This document shows positions 1 through 10,123 of a stretch of DNA of 64,000 nucleotides, piece after piece. The position numbers and the translations under genes are program-made. Positions within the stretch are counted from its first letter, which is position 1. Every line of letters starts with the position of its first letter. The stretch spans positions 1,140 to 65,139 of the forward strand of contig JBBAPH010000019.1 of the NCBI GenBank assembly GCA_040400935.1, written 5' to 3'. The notes under the pieces were generated by a model. It did not search any database. It worked only from the letters and a program-made list of their open reading frames with translations, and had not been told where the DNA came from. Source of the stretch: Polaromonas sp. (lineage in GTDB: Bacteria; Pseudomonadota; Gammaproteobacteria; Burkholderiales; Burkholderiaceae_C).

Positions 1-2
1 CC

Positions 3-1121
3 CGCAGCGTAGCCCGCATCGGACGGCTTCAAGCCCTGCGCGCCAACCGGGCAGAAAGGCGCGATGCCGTGGGGCGCGTCAACCTGGATGTGTCCAGTGG
101 CGACAAGAGCGGCAAGATCGTGGCGGAGCTGACCGATGTCACCAAGACCTTTGGCGCTCCCGGCTCAGAGAAAGTGATCGTCAATCGCTTCAGCGGCACC
201 CTGCTGCGCGGTGACAAGATTGGCCTGCTCGGGCCCAACGGCGCGGGCAAGACGACCTTGCTTAAGCTCATCCTGGGCGAATTGCAGCCCGACGTGACCG
301 TGCCGCCCGGCAAGGTGCGTCAAGGCGCCAATTTGCAGGTGGCCTACTTTGACCAGATGCGTGATGCGCTGGACCTGGACGCGACGCTGGAAGACTTCAT
401 CAGCCCCGGCAGTGAATGGGTAGAGATCAATGGGCAGAAGAAACACGTCAAGAGCTATTTGACGGATTTCCTGTTTTCGCCCGCCAGGGCCAACTCGCCG
501 GTTCGCACGCTCTCAGGTGGCGAGCGCAACCGCCTGCTCCTGGCCCGCTTGTTTGCCCGCCCGGCCAATGTGCTGGTGCTGGACGAGCCGACCAATGACC
601 TGGACATCGACACCTTGGAGCTGCTGGAAGACCTGCTGCAAAACTATGAAGGCACGGTGTTTCTGGTCAGCCATGACCGGCGCTTTCTGGACAACGTGGT
701 CACCAGCACCATTGCTTATGAAGGTACAACGGACAAGCCCGGCTTTTGGCGCGAATACGAAGGCGGTGTGTCCGACTGGCTGACGCAGTCGCGCCGGGCA
801 GCTCAAATAACAGGCCGCACTAAAACCGCCGTGCCGCCGGTCAAGGCCAGCAGCAGCACGACCGCCAAGACAACGGCCAAGCCCGAAGGTGACCCTGCCA
901 CCAAAAAGAAGCTGAGCTACAAAGACCAGCGCGAGCTTGACGGCTTGCCGGCCCTGATCGCTCAACTGGAATCGCAGCAAAAGGCCATCGCACAAGAGCT
1001 GTACGACGGCAGCCTGTACAGCCGCGACCCCGGTCGTGCCGCCGAACTGACTGCTCGCAACACCACGCTGGAGGGTCAATTGATGGAGGCCCTTGAGCGT
1101 TGGGAAGCGCTGTCCGCCTGA
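3..1121 (+). CDS. uup: ABC-F family ATP-binding protein, Uup-like (5'-truncated by window edge)
   Basis: Frame open from base 3 (RSVARIGRLQALRANRAERRDAVGRV). Second NBD has Walker A GPNGAGKT, signature LSGGERNRL and Walker B LVLDEPTN; C-terminal KKKLSYKDQRELD coiled-coil tail typical of Uup. Confidence 0.85.
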   Translation, partial: RSVARIGRLQALRANRAERRDAVGRVNLDVSSGDKSGKIVAELTDVTKTFGAPGSEKVIVNRFSGTLLRGDKIGLLGPNGAGKTTLLKLILGELQPDVTVPPGKVRQGANLQVAYFDQMRDALDLDATLEDFISPGSEWVEINGQKKHVKSYLTDFLFSPARANSPVRTLSGGERNRLLLARLFARPANVLVLDEPTNDLDIDTLELLEDLLQNYEGTVFLVSHDRRFLDNVVTSTIAYEGTTDKPGFWREYEGGVSDWLTQSRRAAQITGRTKTAVPPVKASSSTTAKTTAKPEGDPATKKKLSYKDQRELDGLPALIAQLESQQKAIAQELYDGSLYSRDPGRAAELTARNTTLEGQLMEALERWEALSA

Positions 1122-1231
1122 AGCTGCGCTGAGGTAGGGCCTCGGCCAGGCATCAACTGTCGGCCAAGCCTTACTGCTAATGGGGCTGGCGGACCGCAGC
1201 ACTGCGCGCGCGCAGGCCGACAGTTGGTTCC

Positions 1232-2104
1232 ATGCCTTGGCGATCCTGGGTGGCCCTATTCAAGAAAGCAGCGATCGCCTGGGTAGACGACTACGCGCCC
1301 AGCATGGGTGCCGCTATTGCGTACTACACCGTTTTTTCCATCGCGCCCTTGCTCCTGATCGTGATGGCGGTGGCTGGCTTTGTGTGGGGGCAGGACGCCG
1401 TCCAAGGCGAGCTCGTCAAACAACTGGGCGGGCTGATGGGGTCAGAAGCGGCGAGCGGGGTGCAAGCGCTGGCGCAAAGCGCGCGGCAACCGGCCCAAGG
1501 CCTGATCGCCAGCGCCGTGAGCGCCGCCCTGCTGCTGGTGGGCGCCACCACGGTATTTGCAGAACTGCAAAGCGCGCTGGACCGCATCTGGCAGGTGGCC
1601 GGCCGCAAGCCCGCGTCGGGCTGGTGGGCTTGGCTGCGAACCCGCTTGTTGTCGCTCGGCTTTGTGTTGGGCCTTGGTTTTCTCCTGGCGGTCTCGCTGG
1701 TGTTGAGCGCCGGACTGGCGGCCCTGGGCGGTTGGGCCCAAAGCCGGCTGATGGCTTGGCAGGCTTGGCTGCAGTTCGCCAACTCCGCCGTGTCACTGGG
1801 CGTGGCCACCTTGCTGTTTGCCATGATCTTCAAGCTGATGCCGCGGGCGCGCGTGGCGTGGGCTGACGTGTGGATAGGCGCCGTGGTCACGGCAGTGCTG
1901 TTTGAGGTGGGCAAGCAGCTGATCGGTCTGTACATCGGCAAAAGCAGTGTGACCTCGTCCTTTGCCGCCGCCGGCTCCCTGGTGGTGTTGCTGATCTGGG
2001 TGTATTACTCAGCGCAAATCTTTCTGCTGGGCGCCGAGTTCACCTGGGTGTATGCGCACGAGCATGGCTCTAGGCGGCACAAAGAGGCGTCAAAACAAGC
2101 CTGA
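1232..2104 (+). CDS. YihY/virulence factor BrkB family membrane protein
   Basis: DDYAPSMGAAIAYYTVFSIAPLL start, multiple TM helices, YGAAGS-like SFAAAGSLVVLLIWVYYSAQIFLLGAE motif. Confidence 0.9.
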   Translation: MPWRSWVALFKKAAIAWVDDYAPSMGAAIAYYTVFSIAPLLLIVMAVAGFVWGQDAVQGELVKQLGGLMGSEAASGVQALAQSARQPAQGLIASAVSAALLLVGATTVFAELQSALDRIWQVAGRKPASGWWAWLRTRLLSLGFVLGLGFLLAVSLVLSAGLAALGGWAQSRLMAWQAWLQFANSAVSLGVATLLFAMIFKLMPRARVAWADVWIGAVVTAVLFEVGKQLIGLYIGKSSVTSSFAAAGSLVVLLIWVYYSAQIFLLGAEFTWVYAHEHGSRRHKEASKQA

Positions 2105-2182
2105 GGGTTGCGGCTGGGCTCACTGTCCGCAAGGACCGCGCTGTAAACTGACGCTGCCGCCGCACAGGTCGTCGCACCATTC

Positions 2183-3808
2183 ATGCCCCCGAACAATTCC
2201 GCCTCGAGCTCCCCGGTCAGCGACAGCCCTGCGCGGCAAACCGCACCTTCAGCCTGGGAGCCTTTGAAAATGCCGGTCTACCGGCTGCTCTGGGGCACCT
2301 GGCTGACCGCCAACATCTGCATGTGGATGAACGACGTGGCGGCGGCCTGGATGATGACCTCGCTGACCAGCTCGCCGGTCTGGGTGGCCTTGGTGCAAAC
2401 CGCGTCCACCTTGCCGGTGTTCCTGCTGGGTCTGCCCAGCGGCGCCATGGCTGACATTCTGGACAGGCGCCGTTACTTCATCATCACGCAGTTCTGGCTG
2501 GCCAGCACGGCCGTGGCCCTGGCCGTGACCGTTGCCGCCGGGGTGATGACTGCGCCCTTGCTGCTGGCCCTGACCTTTGCCAACGGCGTGGGCTTGGCCA
2601 TGCGCTGGCCGGTGTTCTCTGCCCTGATTCCGGAGATCGTGCCGCGGCGCCAACTGCCGGTGGCGCTGGCGCTGAACGGCGTCGCCATGAACACCTCGCG
2701 CATCGTCGGGCCTTTGCTGGCGGGCGCGTTGATCGCCAGCGCTGGCACAGCCTACGTGTTTGCGCTCAATGCCGTCTTGTCTGTTGCCTCGGGCTTTGTG
2801 ATCATGCGTTGGCGCCGCGACCATTCACCCAGCCCCTTGGGCCGGGAGCGCTTGTTCAGCGCCATGCGCGTCGGCCTGCAATTCGTCGGCCAGTCGGCAC
2901 CGCTGCGGGCCGTGTTTCTGCGGGTTGGTTTGTTTTTTCTGCACTCCACCGCTTTGCTGGCCTTGCTGCCTTTGCTGGCGCGGCGCCTGGCGGGCGGTGG
3001 AGCGGGTACCTTCACCCTGCTGCTGGCCTCTATGGGCTTGGGGGCGATTGCCGTGGCCGCCATGCTGCCGCGCTTGCGCCAGGCTGTATCGGGGAACCAC
3101 CTGGTGCTGGGCGGGACCTTGCTGCAGTCGTTGGCCACCGCCATCATGGCCTTGGCGCCCAATGTGTACGTGGCTGTGCCGGCCATGTTCATCGGTGGCG
3201 TTGCCTGGCTGGCCACTGCTAATACCTTGAGCGTGTCGGCGCAGATGGCTCTGCCCGACTGGGTGCGCGCCCGCGGCATGTCGATGTACCAGATGGCCAT
3301 CATGGGCGGCAGCGCGGTGGGCGCGGCCCTATGGGGCCAAGTGGCGAGCCTGAGTTCGCTGACTACCAGCTTGCTGGTGGCGGCCGGGACGGGGGCGCTG
3401 TTGATGGTGCTGGCTCAGCGCTTTTCAACCGCGCGCGTGATTGAAGAAGACCTGACGCCCTCGCGCGCTTTCAAAGTCCCCGTGGCCGACGAGCCCCCGC
3501 GCGGGCAGATCATGACGACGATCGAGTACCGGATCGACCCCGAGCGCAGCGCGGCCTTCGTCAAGCTCATGCAGGAAAGCCGACGCAGCCGCTTGCGCCA
3601 GGGCGCGTTGAGCTGGCATTTGCTGCATGACATTGCCGAGCCGGGCCGCTTTCTGGAGCAGATCGTCGACGAATCCTGGACCGAGCACCTGCGCCGCTTT
3701 GACCGGATCACCGCCGCTGACGTAGCCCTGCGCGAGCGCAAGCTGGGCTTTCACTTGCCAGCCGAGCAACCCTTGGCGAGCCGTTACTTCTTGGAAGAAA
3801 ACGCTTGA
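2183..3808 (+). CDS. MFS transporter (MFS_3/transmembrane secretion effector type) with C-terminal soluble domain
   Basis: About 12 hydrophobic helices, GAMADILDRRR loop motif, hydrophilic tail (IEYRIDPE...SWTEHLRRFDR). Confidence 0.85.
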   Translation: MPPNNSASSSPVSDSPARQTAPSAWEPLKMPVYRLLWGTWLTANICMWMNDVAAAWMMTSLTSSPVWVALVQTASTLPVFLLGLPSGAMADILDRRRYFIITQFWLASTAVALAVTVAAGVMTAPLLLALTFANGVGLAMRWPVFSALIPEIVPRRQLPVALALNGVAMNTSRIVGPLLAGALIASAGTAYVFALNAVLSVASGFVIMRWRRDHSPSPLGRERLFSAMRVGLQFVGQSAPLRAVFLRVGLFFLHSTALLALLPLLARRLAGGGAGTFTLLLASMGLGAIAVAAMLPRLRQAVSGNHLVLGGTLLQSLATAIMALAPNVYVAVPAMFIGGVAWLATANTLSVSAQMALPDWVRARGMSMYQMAIMGGSAVGAALWGQVASLSSLTTSLLVAAGTGALLMVLAQRFSTARVIEEDLTPSRAFKVPVADEPPRGQIMTTIEYRIDPERSAAFVKLMQESRRSRLRQGALSWHLLHDIAEPGRFLEQIVDESWTEHLRRFDRITAADVALRERKLGFHLPAEQPLASRYFLEENA

Positions 3809-3833
3809 GTCGAGCGCAGGAGAGGATCGGCCG

Positions 3834-4313
3834 TTAGATGGCCGGGGAAGAGTCGCCTGCCACACAGCCACTGAAAGAACGAATCTTGCCACTGCGGCTG
3901 GGCACGGGTGCCTCTGCCAGACGGCGACACTCCGCCTCGTACTCAGCGGTGCGGGCCATGCAGTAATCAAACAGGCCGTCCAACTCGCTGGACTTGTCGA
4001 ACACTGCATCGGCGCCCAATTCGGCCGAGCGTCGGCGAATTTCCGGGGTGGCGTAGTTGGTCAACACCACCATTTTCTGATGCGCCAGGCGCGACTGGCA
4101 GTTAGCCAGGATGCCCAGCCCACTGCCCTCGCGCAAAAAAAGATCGAGGATGGCTAAGTGCCAGCGCGGCCCTTGCCGCGCCAGCCAGTCAACAGCCTCG
4201 GACTCGGTCGCACCAAAGCCGTTGACCTGAACCGCCGCCAGCTCATGCAACGATTCAATCAAGTTGCGCAGAATCGTCGGGTTGTCTTCCGCCACATAAG
4301 TGATGAGTGCCAT
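3834..4313 (-). CDS. Stand-alone response regulator receiver domain protein
   Basis: YVAEDN acidic pocket, ILDLFLREGSG phospho-Asp, VVLTN and FDKS motifs; no output domain. Confidence 0.8.
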   Translation of the reverse strand: MALITYVAEDNPTILRNLIESLHELAAVQVNGFGATESEAVDWLARQGPRWHLAILDLFLREGSGLGILANCQSRLAHQKMVVLTNYATPEIRRRSAELGADAVFDKSSELDGLFDYCMARTAEYEAECRRLAEAPVPSRSGKIRSFSGCVAGDSSPAI

Positions 4314-4454
4314 GGTGATTGCCGGCTCTAAAAACAGCCGCTTGTCCTTGATCCTTGTCTACCAAGAACACAATTTATCGCTGAGCACTTGCCTTGACTG
4401 ACAGCAGGCGGCGCGCCGCCAAGTAGGACAGCAAGCCTGCTTGGCAAACCAAGG

Positions 4455-5303
4455 TTAAAAGCGTTCGTGGGGCGCCAGGTAGCGCCACTGCCCCACGGGC
4501 AAATAGCCGAGGTTGACGTGGCCAATGCGCACGCGCTTGAGCCCGGTGACGAACAGGCCGACTTGTTCGCACATGCGCCGGATCTGCCGCTTCTTGCCTT
4601 CTTTGAGCACAAAGCGCAGCTGCTCCGGGTTTTGCCAGCTGACCTTGGCCGGGCGCAAGGGCTCGCCGTCCAGGCTCAGGCCATGGTTGAGCAAGCGCAA
4701 TTTCTCCTCCGGAAATACCGCCTGCACATCGCCGTCTACCGCGCCATAGCTCACGCGCACCAGGTATTCCTTTTCTACCGCCGAGTCTTCCCCAATCAAA
4801 TGGCGAGCCACACGGCCGTCCTGCGTCAGCACCAGCAGGCCGATGGAGTCAATGTCCAGCCGGCCGGCCGGCGCCAAGCCGCGCAACTGCTCGTGACCCC
4901 AGCGTATGCGGCTGTTGCATTCGCGCCAGCGGTTTTGCGGCTGCACCAGCGCAACGGCCGGCTCGTGCCCGTCCTCGGCCTGCCCGCTGACGTAACCCAC
5001 CGGTTTGTTGATCAGGATCGTGACTTGCTGGCGCTGCTGTTGTTCGGCTTCGCGCGCCACCTCGATACGGGCATTCGGCGCCACCGGTTGCCCCATCACT
5101 GCCGGCTGGCCATCGACGCGCACCCAACCGCGCTCGATCCAGTCGTCGGCCTCCCGGCGAGAACACATGCCCAACTCAGCCATGCGTTTGTTCAGCCGCA
5201 CCAGGCTGCCCGTCGACGGCGCGGCCGCGCGGTCCGCCGCGCGAATACGGGTGGCCGCAGGCAGCGCGAGCTTGGGGATGGGGGGACGTGAATCTTCAGA
5301 CAT
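4455..5303 (-). CDS. RNA pseudouridine synthase (RsuA/RluB/RluF family, S4 domain)
   Basis: [19 protein letters not shown]4 domain, catalytic [23 protein letters not shown]. Start placed at ATG 5303. Confidence 0.9.
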   Translation of the reverse strand: MSEDSRPPIPKLALPAATRIRAADRAAAPSTGSLVRLNKRMAELGMCSRREADDWIERGWVRVDGQPAVMGQPVAPNARIEVAREAEQQQRQQVTILINKPVGYVSGQAEDGHEPAVALVQPQNRWRECNSRIRWGHEQLRGLAPAGRLDIDSIGLLVLTQDGRVARHLIGEDSAVEKEYLVRVSYGAVDGDVQAVFPEEKLRLLNHGLSLDGEPLRPAKVSWQNPEQLRFVLKEGKKRQIRRMCEQVGLFVTGLKRVRIGHVNLGYLPVGQWRYLAPHERF

Positions 5304-5362
5304 GGCGGGCAATCAAACGAGCGGCAAAGCGCAATACAAAAACAAGCCCGCGATTATCGGCG

Positions 5363-6073
5363 TCAGGCAAACACACTGGAGCGCAAGGCGGCCAGGTTCG
5401 TCACCCGCAGCCCGCCGTATTCCACGCGGATCGTGCCTTGGTCTTCCAAATGGCGCAGGGCCTCGTTCACGCGCTGGCGGGACAGGCCGACCAGGTAAGC
5501 AAGTTCTTGCTGGGTGATGCGCAGCACCTCGCCCACGCCGGGGTACAGCACGGGATTGAACAGCGCGGCCAGGCTGCGCGCCACGCGCAGGTCCGGGTCG
5601 TTCATGCGATCGATCTCGCGGGCAGCAATGAATTGGCCCAGGCGCTCGTTGAGCTGACGCATCACAAAACGGTTAAAGCCAATCGAATGGTCAAGCAACC
5701 ATTCAAAGGTGGCCGCCGGCAAACCGGCGACGACGCTTTTTCGCAGCGCCTGGATGTTGTAACGGTAGGGCTCGCGCTTGAGCACCGTGCCTTCCCCAAA
5801 CCAGCCCCCCGGCGGCAAGCCGGTGTAGGTCATGGTCGCTCCCTGGGCGTTGTCAATGCTCATCTTTAGCAGACCCTCGACCACGCCAAACCAATAAGTC
5901 ACCGGCCGTCCCACGCGGCACAAGTAGTCGCCGGGCTCGGCGTCCACCAATTGCAGGGCCGCCGTGGCACGCTCGCGTTCCTGCTCTTCTAGGGCATGCA
6001 GCCAGGGAATGTCCTGCAATTCGGCGGCCGACGCGGCGCGGCGACGCTGGTAAAGGGAAGGCTCTTTACGCAT
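5363..6073 (-). CDS. Crp/Fnr family transcriptional regulator
   Basis: cNMP-binding-like domain (WFGEGTVL) and C-terminal HTH ITQQELAYLVGLSRQRVNEAL; divergent from the acyl-CoA ligase operon. Confidence 0.9.
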   Translation of the reverse strand: MRKEPSLYQRRRAASAAELQDIPWLHALEEQERERATAALQLVDAEPGDYLCRVGRPVTYWFGVVEGLLKMSIDNAQGATMTYTGLPPGGWFGEGTVLKREPYRYNIQALRKSVVAGLPAATFEWLLDHSIGFNRFVMRQLNERLGQFIAAREIDRMNDPDLRVARSLAALFNPVLYPGVGEVLRITQQELAYLVGLSRQRVNEALRHLEDQGTIRVEYGGLRVTNLAALRSSVFA

Positions 6074-6116
6074 TGCAAGCTTTCTGATTCATGACATCGC
6101 CTCAAAAAAATCGCTA

Positions 6117-6163
6117 GGGAAAATCCCAACCGGATTCACCCTTGGAATGTCGTCGTAAAGACA
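6117..6163. promoter_or_regulatory. Candidate operators in the divergent Crp/Fnr - acyl-CoA ligase promoter
   Basis: GGGA-AAA-TCCC dyad at 6117-6127 and TGTCG-N6-AGACA near-palindrome at 6148-6163 (Crp/Fnr-like 5-6-5 geometry). Confidence 0.4.
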
Positions 6164-6239
6164 AAAAAGCGTCAAACACAGTCCTAGTATGCAGACATGA
6201 CAGGCTTGCCAACCGGCGAGCCCAGGAGAGACGCCCGCC

Positions 6240-8186
6240 ATGCAGACCACATTTCCCCAACTGCTGCTTGACCATGCGGCCCAGCGCCCCAGCGCCGCCG
6301 CCATGCGCGAAAAAGAATACGGCATTTGGCAGACCCACAGCTGGGCCGACATGGCCCGATTGGTCGAGCATATTGCTGGTGGCTTGCATGTAGCTGGCTT
6401 GCGCCGCGGCCAGCACATGGTGGTGATTGGCGCCAACCGCCCCCGGCTGTACGCGACCATGCTAGCCGCCCAATCGCTGGGCGCCGTGCCCATTCCGCTG
6501 TACCAAGATGCGGCGGGACCCGAGTGCGTGTTCCCCATCACCAATGCTGACGTGCGGCTGGCCATGGTCGAAGACCAGGAGCAAGTGGACAAGCTGCTCG
6601 AAATCCGCGACCGCTGCCCGGACCTGACCCGCATCATTTATGACGACCCGCGTGGCCTGCGCAACTACCAGGAGCCCGGCCTGCAATCCTTGGATGCGCT
6701 GATCGAACAAGGGGCCGAGCTGGTGGCCGGGCGGCCCAGCTTTTTCAAAGACGAGGTTGCGCAGGTTCAGCCGGACGATGTGGCTGCCATGTTTTTCACC
6801 TCGGGCACCACGGGCAACCCCAAGGGCGTGATCCACACCCACAACACCTTGCTGGACCGAGCCGAGGCTGGCGCCGAGTTTGACCACCTCAGCAGCAGCG
6901 AAGAAGTGCTGGCTTATTTGCCGCCGGCCTGGGTGGGCCAGAACATCTTCAGCTATGCCCAGTGGCTGTGCTGCGGCTATGTGGTGAACTGCCCGGAAAA
7001 CGCCAGCACGGTGACGATCGACCTCAAGGAAATCGGGCCGACCTATTACTTCGCGCCCCCGCGTGTGTTTGAAGGCCTGCTGACCAGCGTGATGATCCGC
7101 ATGGAAGACGCGGGCACCCTCAAGCGCGGGCTGTTCAACTACTTCATGGACGTGGCCAAACGCGTCGGGCCTGCGCGCATAGACGGCAAATCCATCGGGC
7201 TCTTCAACGGCCTCCTTTATGCGCTGGGCGACCTGCTGGTGTTTGGCCCGCTGCGCAACAGCCTCGGCTTTTCAAGGGTGCGAGTGGCCTACACCGCGGG
7301 CGAGGCGATCGGGCCAGACCTGTTCACGTTTTACCGCTCGATTGGCATCAACCTCAAGCAGCTCTACGGCTCGACCGAAACCGCTGTGTTTGTCTGCCTG
7401 CAACCCGACCACGAAGCACGCGCCGACACAGTGGGCGTGCCGATTCGCGGCGTGGAGATCAAGGTCGCCGACAACGGTGAAATCTTGGTCAAGTCGGCCG
7501 GCTTGCTCAGGGGCTATTACAAGAACCCGACCGCCACGGCTGAAGTGCTGACGGCGGACGGCTGGTACCACACCAGCGACGCTGGCTTCATTGACGCCAG
7601 CGGGCACCTGAAGATCATCGACCGCGTGAAAGACGTGGGTCGCATCCAGGGCGGCGCGAACGACGGCGCCATGTTTGCGCCCAAGTACGTGGAAAACAAG
7701 CTCAAGTTCTTCCCCTTCATCAAGGAAGCAGTGGCTTATGGCGACGGCCGCGAGAAAGTCTGCGTGATGCTCAACATCGACTTTGACGCCGTGGGCAACT
7801 GGGCCGAGCGCCGCAACCTGCCCTACGCCGGCTACACCGACCTGGCGCAAAAACCCGAGGTGTACGCACTCATCAAGGACTGCGTGGAAAAAGTCAATGC
7901 CGACCTCAGCGCCGACGCCTTGCTGGCGGGCTCGCAGGTCAGCCGGTTTTTGGTCTTGCACAAAGAGCTGGACGCCGATGACGGCGAACTCACCCGTACC
8001 AACAAGGTCCGCCGCGGCTTCATCGCCGAGAAATACCAGCCACTGGTGGACGCGCTGTACGCAGGCAAGAGCGAGCAGTTCATCGAGACCGTGGTCAAGT
8101 TCGAGGACGGCCGCAGCGGCAGCGTGAGCGCCACGCTCAACATCAGCGATGCAAAAACCTTCGCTTCCGTGCAGGCGGCCGCATGA
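6240..8186 (+). CDS. Long-chain acyl-CoA synthetase (AMP-binding)
   Basis: FFTSGTTGNPKG P-loop, YGSTE motif, WYHTSDAG and IIDRVKD motifs. Confidence 0.9.
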   Translation: MQTTFPQLLLDHAAQRPSAAAMREKEYGIWQTHSWADMARLVEHIAGGLHVAGLRRGQHMVVIGANRPRLYATMLAAQSLGAVPIPLYQDAAGPECVFPITNADVRLAMVEDQEQVDKLLEIRDRCPDLTRIIYDDPRGLRNYQEPGLQSLDALIEQGAELVAGRPSFFKDEVAQVQPDDVAAMFFTSGTTGNPKGVIHTHNTLLDRAEAGAEFDHLSSSEEVLAYLPPAWVGQNIFSYAQWLCCGYVVNCPENASTVTIDLKEIGPTYYFAPPRVFEGLLTSVMIRMEDAGTLKRGLFNYFMDVAKRVGPARIDGKSIGLFNGLLYALGDLLVFGPLRNSLGFSRVRVAYTAGEAIGPDLFTFYRSIGINLKQLYGSTETAVFVCLQPDHEARADTVGVPIRGVEIKVADNGEILVKSAGLLRGYYKNPTATAEVLTADGWYHTSDAGFIDASGHLKIIDRVKDVGRIQGGANDGAMFAPKYVENKLKFFPFIKEAVAYGDGREKVCVMLNIDFDAVGNWAERRNLPYAGYTDLAQKPEVYALIKDCVEKVNADLSADALLAGSQVSRFLVLHKELDADDGELTRTNKVRRGFIAEKYQPLVDALYAGKSEQFIETVVKFEDGRSGSVSATLNISDAKTFASVQAAA

Positions 8187-9016
8187 GCACCGCCCTATCC
8201 CCAGAGGGCAGCGGGCTTTCGAAAGCAGCCATGACGCAAAAGAAAATCGGCGATGTCATTCTTGACGTGGCCAATATCTCCCTGAGCTTTGGCGGCGTCA
8301 AGGCGTTGTCGGATATTTCGTTCAACGTGCGCGAGCACGAGATACGCGCCATCATCGGCCCCAACGGCGCGGGCAAGAGCTCCATGCTGAACTGCATCAA
8401 CGGCGTGTACTCGCCGCAGCAGGGCGCCATCACCTTCCGAGGCCAGACCTTCAAGCACATGAACAGCCACCAAGTAGCGGTGATGGGCGTGGCGCGAACC
8501 TTTCAGAACCTGGCGCTCTTCAAAGGCATGAGCGTGCTGGACAACATCATGTCCGGGCGGAACCTGAAGATCAAAAGCAACCTCTTTTGGCAGGCGCTGC
8601 GCGTGGGTCCCGCCCAAAAAGAAGAGTTTGCGCACCGCGAAGCGGTCGAGCGCATCATCGACTTCCTGGAAATCCAGCCTTTTCGCAAAACGCCGGTGGG
8701 CCAGCTGCCTTACGGCTTGCAAAAGCGGGTCGACCTGGGCCGGGCCTTGGCCATGGAGCCGCAGGTGCTGCTGTTGGACGAGCCCATGGCCGGCATGAAC
8801 GTCGAAGAAAAACAGGACATGTGCCGCTTCATCCTGGATGTGAACGACGAGTTCGGCACCACGGTAGTTTTGATCGAGCACGACATGGGCGTGGTGATGG
8901 ACATTTCCGACCGGGTGGTGGTGCTGGACTACGGCAAAAAAATCGGCGACGGCACACCCGAAGAAGTGCGCAACAACCCCGAAGTCATCAAAGCCTACCT
9001 GGGAACTGAGGCATGA
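8183..9016 (+). CDS. Liv-type ABC transporter ATP-binding protein (LivG-like)
   Basis: GPNGAGKS, ARTFQN, LPYGLQKRVDL, LLDEP, IEHDM. ATGA overlap with ligase stop; alternative start at 8231. Confidence 0.9.
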   Translation: MSTALSPEGSGLSKAAMTQKKIGDVILDVANISLSFGGVKALSDISFNVREHEIRAIIGPNGAGKSSMLNCINGVYSPQQGAITFRGQTFKHMNSHQVAVMGVARTFQNLALFKGMSVLDNIMSGRNLKIKSNLFWQALRVGPAQKEEFAHREAVERIIDFLEIQPFRKTPVGQLPYGLQKRVDLGRALAMEPQVLLLDEPMAGMNVEEKQDMCRFILDVNDEFGTTVVLIEHDMGVVMDISDRVVVLDYGKKIGDGTPEEVRNNPEVIKAYLGTEA

Positions 9017-9055
9017 ACACGCCCCTACCCGCAACCGGCATGAAGGAATAAGAAC

Positions 9056-9985
9056 ATGGCATTTTTTCTTGAAACCTTGTTCGGCGGCCTGATGGCCGGC
9101 ATGCTCTATTCGCTGGTGGCGCTGGGCTTTGTGCTGATCTTCAAAGCCTCCGGCGTTTTTAACTTCGCGCAAGGTGCCATGGTGCTGTTTGCGGCGCTGG
9201 CCATGGCGCGCTTTTCCGAATGGATTCCGCAGTGGCTGGGCATGGACAACCTGCTGGTGGCCAATGTGCTGGCCTTCGGGGTGGCGACGGTCGTCATGTT
9301 CGTGGTGGCTTGGTTGATTGAATTCTTGGTGCTGCGCCACCTGGTCAACCAAGAAGGCGCCACGCTGCTGATGGCTACCTTGGGCATTGCGTACTTCATG
9401 GAAGGCCTGGGCCAGACGCTCTTTGGCGGCAGCATCTACAAGATCGACATTGGCATGCCCAAGGACCCGGTGTTCGTGCTGGACACCGTGTTCCCGGGGG
9501 GCATATTGATCAACAAAGAAGACCTGTACGCCGCGCTGATCGCCGCCGTGCTGGTCGCGCTGCTCAGCTTGTTCTTTCAGAAAACATCGACAGGCCGGGC
9601 CTTGCGTGCAGTGGCCGACGACCACCAGGCCGCGCAGTCGATTGGCATTCCGCTCAACCGCATCTGGGTGATTGTGTGGTGCGTGGCCGGCGTGGTGGCG
9701 CTGGTGGCCGGCATGATCTGGGGCAGCAAACTCGGCGTGCAGTTTTCCCTGGCGACCGTCGCTTTGCGCGCCTTGCCGGTGGTGATCCTGGGCGGCCTGA
9801 CGTCTGTGCCCGGAGCCATCATTGGTGGGCTGATCATTGGTGTGGGCGAGAAATTGTCCGAGGTGTACCTCGGCCCCTTTGTCGGCGGCGGTATCGAAAT
9901 CTGGTTTGCCTATGTGCTGGCCCTGGGCTTCTTGCTGATTCGTCCGCAAGGCCTGTTCGGCGAAAAAATCATCGACCGTGTTTAA
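9056..9985 (+). CDS. Liv-type ABC transporter permease (LivH-like)
   Basis: LYSLVALGFVLIFKASGVFNFAQG and GRALRAVADD motifs. Confidence 0.9.
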   Translation: MAFFLETLFGGLMAGMLYSLVALGFVLIFKASGVFNFAQGAMVLFAALAMARFSEWIPQWLGMDNLLVANVLAFGVATVVMFVVAWLIEFLVLRHLVNQEGATLLMATLGIAYFMEGLGQTLFGGSIYKIDIGMPKDPVFVLDTVFPGGILINKEDLYAALIAAVLVALLSLFFQKTSTGRALRAVADDHQAAQSIGIPLNRIWVIVWCVAGVVALVAGMIWGSKLGVQFSLATVALRALPVVILGGLTSVPGAIIGGLIIGVGEKLSEVYLGPFVGGGIEIWFAYVLALGFLLIRPQGLFGEKIIDRV

Positions 9986-10013
9986 GCCCCCACGCTCCTC
10001 ACTTTGTGTAGTC

Positions 10014-10066
10014 GCTGCCCCCCGAGGGGGCGCTGCGCCTGCGGCCCGGCGAAGCCGGTTCCGCGG
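10014..10066. repeat. REP-like palindromic repeat, family A copy 1
   Basis: CCCCCC-GA-GGGGG hairpin followed by GCGGCCCGGCGAAGCCGGTTCCGCGG; the core matches 12654-12679 at 25/26 positions. Confidence 0.75.
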
Positions 10067-10123
10067 CCCCGGCTCGCTTTGATCCTGACAGGCAACGACT
10101 TTCCAATTCAACGGTAGCGCACT

